Shown in pieces: positions 45,801-55,150 of a stretch of 64,000 nucleotides of DNA. The stretch lies in contig NW_027122681.1 in the NCBI RefSeq assembly GCF_030686945.1, positions 1,866,938 to 1,930,937 of the forward strand, written 5' to 3'. The notes beneath the pieces are model-generated. The model saw only the letters and a list, made by a program, of their open reading frames with translations. It was not told the DNA's origin and did not search any database. The stretch comes from Centruroides vittatus (Eukaryota). Numbering within the stretch: the first letter of the stretch is position 1; each line of letters begins with the position of its first letter. A program made the translations under genes and the position numbers.

Positions 45801-46800
45801 TGAATGTCTGCGAGTGTAGAAATTGAATGAATGTAGTGTGGTAGTAAGTGAGTGTTTACATAATTTAGTGTTTTTCCTACTTCCTTTGACGTGTTGATTT
45901 TTGGTATTCGTGGTCGTTGTGTGGGATCTGTACCTGTATATTTAGTGAGTGTTTCCTGAAATATAAGTGAGAGCGTATTAACTAAATCCAAGTCTATGTT
46001 ATCAGTGATGGATGAGGAAGTGTCTGTAGTATCATTAGTGGTAATTGTTGTATGTGTGTTATTATCAATGCTTGTTGCTGGATTATCCTGACAGGTTACA
46101 TGATCTTCATTAATGTTAGATGTTTCTGTCTGTTGATGTATTTGATCAGCAACCTGTTGTTTGATAAGTTCAAGTGTTGTTTGTGCAATAAGGTTGTTGT
46201 GTATAATTGTTCTTTTTTGATCAACAACCCTTTGTTCGGTGACAGTGAGATGAGGATACTGTTGTGTGAATCTATGGTGTAGTTGTTGTCTGTATGCTGT
46301 CATGTTTGTTTCGAGTTTTGTGATGGTGTAATAAGTACGGATGATAAACTCGTTCATTTCTACTGTCCATTTCATCCGTTGGCGTGGTTTTCCAGCCTTT
46401 GTGGTCTGTGGATGCATTGCCACAGAAACACCAAGGCTGGGTTGGTTCCTCACATCTGTTGAGGGCATTGCAGTAGCCATGCTTGGGCCGGTGCTGCTTT
46501 CGCCACCAGTAACCAAGGGAGACTGTGGCCTATTTTTCGAACGTGAGCCTCTGCCTAACCCACGAACGCGGACCTTGTTAACCCGGGCGACGTCCGAGCC
46601 GGTATCACACTTTGATCTAGTTATTACCATGATGAATATCTCCACAGAATGTGGGTGTGGTCACTCTTAGCTTCATTTCTCCCCATAGACCTTACTGGCA
46701 TGGGTGTCCCTACCAGGAGCTTATGCTCCAGCCTGCATTGCCCTATGGATCAGTAAAATTACTGGGCTCTCCCACCACGACCAGGTGGTGACCACGGGAG
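42849..46800 (-). mobile_element. Full-length R2/R4-superfamily (restriction-like endonuclease) non-LTR retrotransposon; the 5' boundary is approximate
   Basis: A single 1232-aa ORF is present. The 3' UTR ends in a (TAA)n/(ATA)n tail, seen as ttattattattattatgg on the plus strand at 42849-42865. Confidence 0.85.
42947..46645 (-). CDS. Non-LTR retrotransposon ORF: Myb-like N-terminal region, reverse transcriptase, CCHC zinc finger and PD-(D/E)xK restriction-like endonuclease
   Basis: RT motifs FQGDSLSPLWF and YMDDIKLY. The C-terminal CRKCHVLPETIQHITSGCKLLAQTDYLHRHNQVANII is the R2-type CCHC motif. RPDITLIDKHNKITYIIDISIP is an R2-type PD..D/ExK nuclease. The ORF is uninterrupted. Confidence 0.9.
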   Translation of the reverse strand: MEIFIMVITRSKCDTGSDVARVNKVRVRGLGRGSRSKNRPQSPLVTGGESSTGPSMATAMPSTDVRNQPSLGVSVAMHPQTTKAGKPRQRMKWTVEMNEFIIRTYYTITKLETNMTAYRQQLHHRFTQQYPHLTVTEQRVVDQKRTIIHNNLIAQTTLELIKQQVADQIHQQTETSNINEDHVTCQDNPATSIDNNTHTTITTNDTTDTSSSITDNIDLDLVNTLSLIFQETLTKYTGTDPTQRPRIPKINTSKEVGKTLNYVNTHLLPHYIHSISTLADIHTLVYAGAVTVVTHHGLKVQSQTNTQKTQFYHKPAWQRRIETQINDIRQQLGRLTQYTKNNITPKLRKQLKNIFKKIKTHTKHEHHNTRITEYIDTLKQKLAAKARRLKRYKTCTLRKQQNKLFTNNEKLFYRQINNKANTDTQHSGTPTEEELTTYWSSLWSSAVTHNADAGWIEEENRNLHNIPTMPCVEINIHDFQYTVNRTHNWKTPGVDNIHNFWYKKFTSLHQELAKHLTHIIINPQDMPNFLTQGITYMKPKNNNTTDPTQYRPITCLPTLYKLLTSCITNKIYKHIEEHDILTEQQKGCRRNHRGCKEQLLIDSVILRQAHRQHRNIHMAYIDYRKAFDSVPHSWLLHILHMYKIHPSLIAFFQNTMQHWRTTLHLRVHNTFIQTNQIFIRRGIFQGDSLSPLWFCLALNPLSNMLNNTQYGYNIRHEKTTQYTLSHLMYMDDIKLYASTQKQLHQLLQITHSYTKDIQMEFGLDKCKTLHIEKGILKKEDFALGNGDVIESMEEGEFYKYLGFQQAKLTEHTQIKQRLIKEYQSRLNAILRTQLNAKHTVKAINTYVIPVLTYSFGVIHWTHTDLEQLQRKTRTTLTKHKQHHPKSATERLTLPRKDGGRGLIDIVNLHYKQIQSLREFFYKKQETSQLHKAVTLADSNNTPLNLHSHHMDTTQHIKGIDTIKQSWARKALHGRHPYDLAQDFVDKTASNSWLARGCLFGETEGFMIAIQDQVINTKNYRKHILKDATLTNDTCRKCHVLPETIQHITSGCKLLAQTDYLHRHNQVANIIHQKLAKKHKLVDIHEPYYKYIPQTVLENNTHKMYYDRAIITDRTIYHNRPDITLIDKHNKITYIIDISIPNTHNIQNACTEKISKYTELAQEIRHLWRMDRVLIVPVVLSSTGVIPHTLHKSLGTLELNRNTYITLQKATILNTCHIVRKFLNTDTHTDTLL

Positions 46801-47807
46801 AGTTATAATAATAATAATAATAATAATAATAATTACTACTACTAATTATCGTCACTCCTCTAATCTTTATAGATAATGAAGGAGTCATCCACATATAAAT
46901 TATATTATACGTTCATTTGTTTTAAATACAAAGTGCTTCAAAGGAAGATTAACACTAATATGGAGGTAACTTGTTATGCATTAAATGTCCTCTGCATAGT
47001 TCTGCAAGAAGTCACAATCCAATTGTGGAGTTCTCAAAAAAGTATGGCCCTACTAACTCTGCCAGTGCCTGTGCATCTTCTCCATGTAAGTGTTGACATT
47101 TTTTTGAAGCATTCTATAATAAGGTCAAGCAATCCTCACCTTTTGGACAACTTTCTCTTCCATATACAATATTTTGATTCTCCATTTTTTGCACATCTAA
47201 TTCAGATTTTCATTTAACAAAGAAAAATTTAAAGCTATTATTCAATGGTTTCTGCCAGTTTTGGTTTGGTAATGTCAAAATCATTTGTGAAAATTAATTT
47301 TTGTTTGTTTGTTTTCTGAACAGAAAAAAGTTATCTACATTTATCTATATATCTCTTATCTATAGTTTAAACAAAACATTTTATGTATTATAACATGTTC
47401 ATTGTAGCAAATTAAAATTTTACTATCTCAATGAGAGAGTTCATAATTGCAAAATTACAAAAATGAAAGACTAATATAAAAATATTTGGAAGCCTTCAAC
47501 ATGTCCATTCCAACTGCCAAACACAATCAACACTAGACTTTTTGCAAAGAAAATTTTACAACTATTCAATGCCAGAGAAACTTTTAAACAATTTACATAA
47601 GTGTAGGCAGAAAAGATCCTATAAAGAAAGGTTGACTCAACTTGTGTTGATTGCATTCTGACTGTTGAAATGGATGATGTGTGAAAGTCTTAATATTTTT
47701 TATATCAATCTTTGTTTTTGTAAATTTATAATATATTTTATCCTGGATTTTTAAAATTTTAGAGTTCATAACTTTTCTTTTTAGCTTTCTGCAAATGGAA
47801 CTCCATT

Positions 47808-47955
47808 TACCGTATTTTACGGACTATAAGACGCACTTTTTTCTTCGAAAAATTGCTTCCAAAATTCAGGTGCGTCTTATAGGTATTTTTTTAAAAAAAT
47901 TGCTTAAAAATTAAGGTGTGTCTTATAGTCCGTAGCGTCTTATAGTCCGTAAAAT
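47808..47955. mobile_element. Small MITE with ~27-bp terminal inverted repeats (CCGTATTTTACGGACTATAAGACGCAC)
   Basis: Left arm 47808-47836. The right arm GCGTCTTATAGTCCGTAAAATACGG at 47928-47955 is its reverse complement. There is an internal partial duplicate GTGTGTCTTATAGTCCGTAGCGTCTTATAGTCCG. Confidence 0.7.
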
Positions 47956-48682
47956 ACGGTACATGCTGATATTTTCATCACATTTTGTGGTGGGAAATTT
48001 AATGGTGAAGTTTCATACAACAGACTTGAACCACCCTGTACAAAATATAACTTTATTGTTTGACCTTTAAATATTTGACTTTCACATTTTTAGAAACATA
48101 TTACATCTGAAAGCTGAAGATTGCATGTATAAAAATGAAAATTTGATGATATACTAGTTCAGGGCTGCCCAACCTTTTCATGCACAAGTTACTTTTTTTT
48201 CCTAAGAGCGACATTACAGTCCACTAGCACAAGAAAGTGGCACACCTGTTCTGCCATCAGTCACCAAACTATTAACAAATTATGTAGTGCTGTAAAGAAA
48301 GGATGCCAAGTACATTTGTCTCTAGATGCTGAGTCATCACAAGCACTATAAAATTGTTTAAACTGTATTATGTACTTACTGGAGTACACTGGAATATGAA
48401 CAACTACTGGGACTGGTCACAGATTCTGAAACAAGAATAGACTCCATTTGCCATTGATAAAGGATTCCCAGCCAAGGGATTGTTTTTGCTTGCAACACTA
48501 TCAATACTAGTGATGACATCTACCACGTTTTCCATTATTCAGCGAGACGTCAGCGAGATGTCAGCGCAGTGATAAAACTCGTTCCATATTTTAGCTCGCT
48601 TGCAGCGCCATCTCAAAACGCTTACAAAATTTCGTTAGCGAGGTTAAGAAGCGCTAACTTTTTGCTAAGAGAACAAGCGAAG

Positions 48683-48776
48683 ATGGCGGCGCCATGTTTG
48701 ACTGTTTTAATTGAACTAAATAATCAAAATTTTCTTTTAAATATTGATGAAAGAACTTATGAAAATTTTCAAACAG
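48683..48776 (+). CDS. Harbinger Myb/SANT-like DNA-binding protein, exon 1
   Basis: MAAPCLTVLIELNNQNFLLNIDERTYENFQT followed by a phase-1 donor G|GTAAAA. Confidence 0.65.
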
Positions 48777-49268
48777 GTAAAAATAAATATATTTTAACTT
48801 TTGTCTATCTGAATGAGTTTGACAGGCGTAATTGTCTCTTTTCGTCTTCGTATGTCAGATACGTAAACTGAATTTCTTACTTATCTTATTTGTATCTTGA
48901 TTTTAGATATCAAGTAATAATATAATAATTAGCAATTGTAGAATTTCGTCGAATGGCAATTATGTAAAAATAAATTTTAAGGGAAACACCATTTAATCAC
49001 TTCGTGATCTAGAATACAAACTTTTTTGACGACCGATCTTTCTTTGTAGGCTACTTGGTCATCAAAAGATTTTATAATTAGCATTATATAACCCACATGT
49101 CAAAACTTGTAAAACCATGTAAAACCATTATATAAATTTTATTTTTTATTACCTATATTTTATAATGCAATCTATGGCATTATAAAATATTAGGTAATTA
49201 TCAGTAATTAATTATTTACTGAGTATAATTTTGTTTTAAAACTAGTAAATGCTTCATATTTTCATTAG

Positions 49269-49415
49269 GAACAGCAACCAATATAAAAAATTATTTTAAA
49301 GAACTCCTGACATCATTCGGTGCAGCTGACCTAGGCTTGCGTGAAGGCACAGACATTCTTAATTGGAAACAAATAAAGTTATGGAAAGTATTTTCTGAAA
49401 ATAATGGAACTTTCG
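49269..49415 (+). CDS. Harbinger Myb/SANT-like protein, exon 2
   Basis: Acceptor TCATTAG; GTATNIKNYFKELLTSFGAADLGLREGTDILNWKQIKLWKVFSENNGTF; donor G|GTAAGT. The phase is consistent. Confidence 0.65.
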
Positions 49416-49494
49416 GTAAGTACATTTAATCTGAAAAATAATTAATTGATAACTTGTATGCAAGTATAATGAAATTGTATGACATTGTTTTTAG

Positions 49495-49605
49495 AATGTG
49501 GAGAACAAATTCTCATTATTGATGACAATCATACTGATCTACAAGAAAACTCTGTTGTGGTCAGCTCTCCAGGTCCTTCAAAAAGAAAGGATAATAAAAG
49601 TAAAG
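49495..49605 (+). CDS. Harbinger Myb/SANT-like protein, exon 3
   Basis: Acceptor TTTTTAG; ECGEQILIIDDNHTDLQENSVVVSSPGPSKRKDNKSK; donor G|GTAATT. The phase is consistent. Confidence 0.65.
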
Positions 49606-49686
49606 GTAATTGTGATGGGTATACATGATTTCAAATATTTACCAAAGTAACAGATCTTACAAATTAATTTAAATATTTGCTTGCAG

Positions 49687-50432
49687 CAGAATGGACTGAT
49701 GCAGCAGTAAAACTGTTAATAGCAACTAGAATAGATTTGGAAGAAGACTTTCAAAAACCTCAAGTAAAAACAAAGCTTTGGGCTAAAATAGCAGATAAAT
49801 TATGCAAAGAGGGTTTTGCATTTACAGGTTCAGATTGTGACCACAAGTGGAGAAATCTCATGATTACATACAGGAAAAACGTTGATAAAAGCAAAACGTC
49901 TGGAGAAGGCAAAATACGTTGGGAATATTTTAAAGAATTGCATGAAACTTTTGGTAGGAATATTAACACAAATCCGCCAATTAATTATATGAAATCTTCA
50001 TCAAAAATTAATTCCAAAAGCATAGATTTTATGAATGAATGTACTCAAGGTGTGCTAACTGAAATTACATGTGCCCAAAACAGAGATTGTGTCAGTATTA
50101 CAAGTACTGAAAATTCGACAGTTCCAGTAAATCCAGCTCCCGTGGCCACTCAAACCTCTTGTACACAGTTATTGAATAATGAAAATGATTGTATAGCTAA
50201 TCTGAAAGAAAATGATAAAAGTGAATTAATTCAAAGTAGAAAAAGAAATCGGAATGAGCCACCATTGTGGTATGTTGAAGATATGAAACGCAGGGATAGG
50301 AAGAGAGAGGAGAGAGAAATAAAGGAAGACGAAAGATGGCAGGAACATAAGGAATTGGAGACTAGGAAAATACAGGTTTTGGAAAAACTAGTTGGATTAT
50401 TACAAAATGTACCAAAAACAAATTCAAATTAA
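49687..50432 (+). CDS. Harbinger Myb/SANT-like protein, exon 4 (Myb_DNA-bind_4/MADF-like domain + coiled-coil tail)
   Basis: Acceptor TTGCTTGCAG. AEWTDAAVKLLIATRIDLEEDFQKPQVKTKLWAKIADKLCKEGFAFTGSDCDHKWRNLMITYRK has the W..W...Y trihelix/Myb-like pattern typical of the Harbinger second protein (NAIF1-like). Confidence 0.8.
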
Positions 50433-50690
50433 TAAAATTTTTATTTGCTTAAAACTAATGTTGATATAAATCATTTGTACATTTTTTCTTAAGAGAATAA
50501 TGTGAATTTAATTTAATGTAAGTAGACCACAAGTGTTATTAATAAAACATTACACAAAAATTTAGCTAATTCTTAAAACAATTCTAACCAAAAAAGGGAT
50601 TAAATGTTTTATAACAATTATTTATCTGAATAAATATAAACTATTACAAGAAAATATGATTATTTTTGTCTGATTTGTGGTAAAAAAATA

Positions 50691-51614
50691 TTATACACAC
50701 TCTAAATTAAAAAGGTAATCTGCAATTTGATCCCTTTTATATGCACCACTGGCATTCTTATCAATATTTGCACCAGACTGTTCTGTACCGTGGCAAGAAA
50801 GTAAATCCAGTTGATCATATACGTCAGGTGAAGAATCATTATGCATAATACATAGGTTATGTAGAACGCAGGCAGCTACAATCACATCTGGAACAAATTC
50901 CCTTCTTCGTACATAGATGTAAATTAGCTTCCGAAATCGTCCAAACAGATGTGCAAAGGCTTGTTCTATTACGACTCGTGTAGAACTCAGAATTTTATTG
51001 AAGAACTTCTGCTTTCTTGTTAAATGACCATTGTTTTTATATGGTGTCATTATTTTATTGTTCAATGGGTAGGCACAGTCACCAAGAATGTGGCAGTCTG
51101 AAGGGATAAAATCCTCTCTCTCTTCCATATTTTTAAATAACGGACTGTTTCTAAAAACTCTAGCATCATTTGCAGAGCCTGGCCAACCTGCATAAATGTC
51201 CAAAAATTTCAACTCATGATCACATACAGCCTGTAGGATTACACTAGGATAACCTTTTCTATTTATATGATCATTTTTTTCTTCTTTATTCACAGAAAAG
51301 GCAATATGGGTGCCATCGATGCAACCGATTGTTCCTGGAAATGGTTTCACTCTAAGTTTCTCAAATCCTTGTCTTATCCTCTCAATCTCAAAACCCTGTG
51401 GCATCCTAATGACTGAGATTGACAAAGCACAGATTGATGTACAGAATTTTGTAAATTCTCTGTGGCCACTAGCAAATCCTAACCCGAAGCGGTCACATAC
51501 ACCACGGTAGCTCTCCTGGTTCCCCATAAACCACAGAGAAAATAAAACAGATGTTTCCTTAGGAATTCGTGCTTTTCTCCTTGCTGGTTCCTGTGGCAGC
51601 ATAGATAGCAAAAT
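50691..51614 (-). CDS. Harbinger DDE transposase (HARBI1-like), exon 2 with the DDE_Tnp_4 catalytic core
   Basis: Acceptor T13-AG. Catalytic motifs IGCIDGTHI, GWPGSANDARVF and ILGDCAYPL are present, and the frame is uninterrupted to the stop. Confidence 0.88.
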   Translation of the reverse strand: MLLSMLPQEPARRKARIPKETSVLFSLWFMGNQESYRGVCDRFGLGFASGHREFTKFCTSICALSISVIRMPQGFEIERIRQGFEKLRVKPFPGTIGCIDGTHIAFSVNKEEKNDHINRKGYPSVILQAVCDHELKFLDIYAGWPGSANDARVFRNSPLFKNMEEREDFIPSDCHILGDCAYPLNNKIMTPYKNNGHLTRKQKFFNKILSSTRVVIEQAFAHLFGRFRKLIYIYVRRREFVPDVIVAACVLHNLCIMHNDSSPDVYDQLDLLSCHGTEQSGANIDKNASGAYKRDQIADYLFNLECV

Positions 51615-52353
51615 CTAAAAAAAAAAAAATAATGCCAAAGTTAGTATGTAAATCTATAAAATTTAAAATAGTATGAAATATGTACAGGATTCCTACTTAA
51701 ATTTGTTTTAAATTCCCTGACTCTCACAGTCCCTTACAGTATAGCACATTAACAAAACAAAATTCTCAAAACTTTTTAACTAGTTATTTTTTCTAATTAC
51801 AGTAATATATTTTATAATCACCGAGTTTGTAAAATTAAAAATAAAAGAAAAAAGATAGAATTATGGCATGTCTTCTCTACATAAACGTAAAATGTTTTAT
51901 TAAATAAAAGTAATTTATCCTGTTATTAATCCACAACTGTAAAACTTTATGGTTTTGAAAAATGAAAGAAAAAAAAAATCCATTATTTATATAGGTCTAC
52001 AATTATTTGAAACTGCAGCCCAACAAATCACGTATAATCCATGCACAAAAGTATAAATTATATTAAAATTTTCCTTAATAAATTTCTCAAACTTTATAAA
52101 ATATTAATAAAGTGGGAAAAAGTTTCAGAAATCAGAAATTTTGTTTTGTTATGCAGTCAAAATAATATATTTGAATGGTGGTATTTGTCATTTATCATTT
52201 TTGGTTCTTTGTTATTTTTTTAATCAATTCATTAACACCTGTCCTCAAATTGAGTGTAAATTTGAGCGATAGAGATAGTTTTAAAAATATTTTAACTTTT
52301 TATCATTATTAGATTAAAATTAAACCAAAATAAATATATCTTTTGTCACTCAC

Positions 52354-52605
52354 CTCGACGGTGCTTCTTGTTAGACGAAAATGGCTTTTGAAAATATCGT
52401 CGCTGTATCTTGGCACGATGTCATGCACGTAGCCAGATATTTTATATCTATCTTCCCTATATTCGTTAGAATCGATGGCTGCTATTAATGATGAGTCTTC
52501 TGGCTCATCATAGTCATTTTTGAAAAACTTCGAGTTTGGATTTACGACAGATTCAGAACAAATACTTAAAACATTTAGAACAGATGCAGTGAAAATGCCA
52601 TCCAT
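52354..52605 (-). CDS. Harbinger DDE transposase (HARBI1-like), exon 1
   Basis: MDGIFTASV...YSDDIFKSHFRLTRSTVE resembles the conserved HARBI1 N-terminus (ysd.ef...FRlsr.tf). A GTGAGT donor follows. Confidence 0.75.
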
Positions 52606-53136
52606 TTTAGTTAGCGGAATGTTAGCTGTTGTGTTCCTTCTAACACGTCAGCAGGAAGTTAAATATTTCACATATCCGCTAGCGGATAGCAAGCGCTACG
52701 CTGAATAACGGAAAACGTGGCTAGTGAGATATGAAACCTCCTGATATCACTCTCATCACATTAACTTTACTTAATTTATTTCTTATTAAAATCACTTGAA
52801 AAGCATGCCACAATTGATCGGTAGCTTGCAATTGACCGATTGAACAGCCCTGTACTAGTTAATGAAAAAATTTAAAAGAAATAGATCAGATTTCTCTTAA
52901 ATCTAATAGGTTATTGTTGAATAATTGAAGCTAAAATAATCTTCAATTGTTCAATATTGCTCATCACAATTTCTTTTCTTTTGACAAAAATAAAGAATGT
53001 TTTTATGTATAAAGTTAGTAAATAATTTTTACTTTCTACAACACTTAATATATATATATCTGTTTAAACATTATCTAAATATATGGTAAGAGCTGCCTGA
53101 ATTTAAAATAATCATAAAAATAGAAACTTTTTTATT

Positions 53137-53508
53137 TTAAACTATACAAACCATATCATGCATGCTAGTATTTTGTGAAACTGACTCAAAAAATGAGGTA
53201 GATTGCACAGCAGGAGCAAAAGTACTAATTACAGGTGCTGGTGGTGGTAGAGGAGGAGGGGGAGGAGGTGGTTCTTCTGGTTCTGGTGGTGTTGAAACAA
53301 CCTCAGTTTGAGATTCAATCACAGAAACAGTATTTGCAGGTGAAGATTTAGAAGATTTAGTCGATGACTTAGAATCCTCTTCAACAGGAACCCACTGAAG
53401 TTCTTTAAGTCGATGCTGACTGCCACTAGAAACAGGAAACTGTGTGCGTAAACGAGCGGCATCTGCAACTTTTTCGGCAGGTGTTTTTACTGGTAGCTGT
53501 ACGGCATT
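53137..53508 (-). CDS. K/R/S-rich nuclear protein gene, terminal exon (proline-rich C-terminus)
   Basis: Acceptor TTTTTTTAAACAG. Sequence NAVQLPVKTPAEKVADAARLRTQFPVSSGSQHRLKELQWVPVEEDSK...PPEPEEPPPPPPPLPPPAPV..., ending in a TAG stop. Confidence 0.6.
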   Translation of the reverse strand, partial: NAVQLPVKTPAEKVADAARLRTQFPVSSGSQHRLKELQWVPVEEDSKSSTKSSKSSPANTVSVIESQTEVVSTPPEPEEPPPPPPPLPPPAPVISTFAPAVQSTSFFESVSQNTSMHDMVCIV

Positions 53509-53597
53509 CTGTTTAAAAAATTTTATATTAATTTTCAATTATAAGCAAAATATTTATCTTTCAAATCAATAAAATTTCAACTGAAAAAGTTTATTAC

Positions 53598-53744
53598 CTT
53601 AATATTTAGTTTTATCACTGGCTGATGCTCTTTAAGTTTAAAAGGATGATGTATAAATGGAGTGTCAATATCACTTTGTTTATCCTGACTACCATTACTA
53701 GAATTGTCCTCTTGATCTCTCTGTGATATAGCACGGCAAAAATC
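53598..53744 (-). CDS. K/R/S-rich nuclear protein gene, exon (DFCRAISQRDQEDNSSNGSQDKQSDIDTPFIHHPFKLKEHQPVIKLNIK)
   Basis: Acceptor CATTTTAG and donor GTAATAAAC; in frame with the flanking exons. Confidence 0.55.
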
Positions 53745-54224
53745 TAAAATGCAAGACAATTTCATACTAAAAACCTTTAAGTGTGTGAAAGTCGATATTT
53801 ACTAACCATTATTTTGCTATATTAATTTTAACATTTAAATGGCTGAAAGAATTGTCTCGTATCAATTGTACTGACATCATAATTTGCAGTTATCAGAACT
53901 GAACAACATTCTACATATTTATGCATAGAAGTATAAGGTTATATTAGCAAGTTTTGATGTCATTAGCAAATGTTATTTCATTATATTTATTCTGAAATTT
54001 AAATAATAAAGAAAAGACCTTTTAGATCAATCATTCAGCCTCAACATATGATTATTATTATTTTAGCAGTATTTATATTAACAATTAGCATTTAAACAGC
54101 ATACTTAATTGACAGCCAAGTGACTGAGGCAAGTTAAGACATCAGCATACTACTTTGGGACCTGAAACTGAATCCACGCAGGCAAAAAAGACCAGAATTT
54201 TTCACAGGTGGTCAGGCTGTCCCT

Positions 54225-54320
54225 TATCATACGGCCACACCCATTGTGGTCCTGGCTAAACCCACGAGGAAGATAATTAAAACGGCCCTCTTAGTGCCTT
54301 CAAGGCAGAAAGAACAAAAA
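54225..54320 (+). mobile_element. SINE 3' fragment related to the same family
   Basis: CCCATTGTGGTCCTGGCTAAACCCACGAGG...GCCCTCTTAGTGCCTTCAAGGCAGAAAG resembles the SINE 3' body. Confidence 0.5.
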
Positions 54321-54716
54321 TAAATACTTAACTTTCAACTTTGCATTTCAAGTTTCAAAACTGATGGATTTATTTTATCATGCTTAGATATGTTTTGATA
54401 ATTATTTAATTTACATCTAATTTCAAGTCAGATTTAATCTCATACACCATATTTTTGAAATCAAATTACACAAATATAATTATATTAAAACCCAATAATT
54501 ATATTAAAGCCAAATGATTACCAGATTAGATTAAATTTAATAAAAGATGGCACCTAACACCCACCTCTAGGCCAAATTACTTAGCATTTAATTATTAATA
54601 GAAGTAATATAGCCTGATCTAATATGACTATCACTTGGCTTTAATCAAATTACACTTTAATTTTCATAAATAATTATTAGAATTTAAATTTCATAAAATA
54701 ATATAAATGCAGATAC

Positions 54717-54970
54717 CAGTTAATTCCTGAACAGATTTTCCTCCCGTCTTCAAAGACACCCGTTGTTCTGGCCGAATAGAATCAATATTAAATCCTTTTG
54801 GCAATGTTCCCTTTTCTAACATCATTAAGACATTTTTCTGAGCGACTTGAAGTAAACGAGCTTTATCTATTTTTTCACGAGCATCATAAGGCCTTTTTCT
54901 GGATGGTGATGGAGATCTGTTCGTAATGAATTCAATACAGTTTGAAAAATCTTTATGGATTTTAACTGAT
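54717..54970 (-). CDS. K/R/S-rich nuclear protein gene, exon (RSVKIHKDFSNCIEFITNRSPSPSRKRPYDAREKIDKARLLQVAQKNVLMMLEKGTLPKGFNIDSIRPEQRVSLKTGGKSVQELT)
   Basis: Acceptor AATATTCAG. The phase-1 donor G|GTATCT is weak but gives in-frame continuity with the next exon. Confidence 0.55.
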
Positions 54971-55087
54971 CTGAATATTTAATAAATTTAAACTAAATAC
55001 TTTCAATAAAATAATGGGCTTTATCAAAATTATCCTAACTGTTTTTAAGATCTGTTTAAAGACATTCAAATAATATATATTCTTTAC

Positions 55088-55150
55088 CTAGATCTCGATC
55101 TTTTAACTGTTTTTGAACTTTTTCTTTCATGATGTCTTGAAGAATGATGT
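55088..55150 (-). CDS. K/R/S-rich nuclear protein gene, small exon (RHHSSRHHERKSSKTVKRSRS)
   Basis: Acceptor CTTACAG and donor GTAAAG. The phase-2 entry and exit both complete AGA codons with the neighbouring exons. Confidence 0.6.

Larger units (their letters stand above)
48523..52720. mobile_element. Complete Harbinger/PIF-type DNA transposon (TIRs + 3-bp TSD + Myb-like gene + DDE_Tnp_4 transposase gene)
   Basis: The TIR CCACGTTTTCCATTATTCAGCG (48523-48544) pairs with CGCTGAATAACGGAAAACGTGG (52699-52720), 21 of 22 matches. CTA flanks both ends (48520-48522 and 52721-52723). The two genes are convergent. Confidence 0.85.

Noticed and set aside
46806-46830. (ATA)n upstream of the RLE element as the tail of a third tandem copy
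   Set aside because: The polarity is opposite to the (TAA)n tails at 42849 and 41704, and the adjoining sequence does not match the element's 3' UTR. It is more likely target-site microsatellite, and is reported only as context.
52740-53130. Region just outside the Harbinger right TIR, as part of the element
   Set aside because: The TIR and the CTA TSD place the boundary at 52720. The sequence beyond has no counterpart at the left end.
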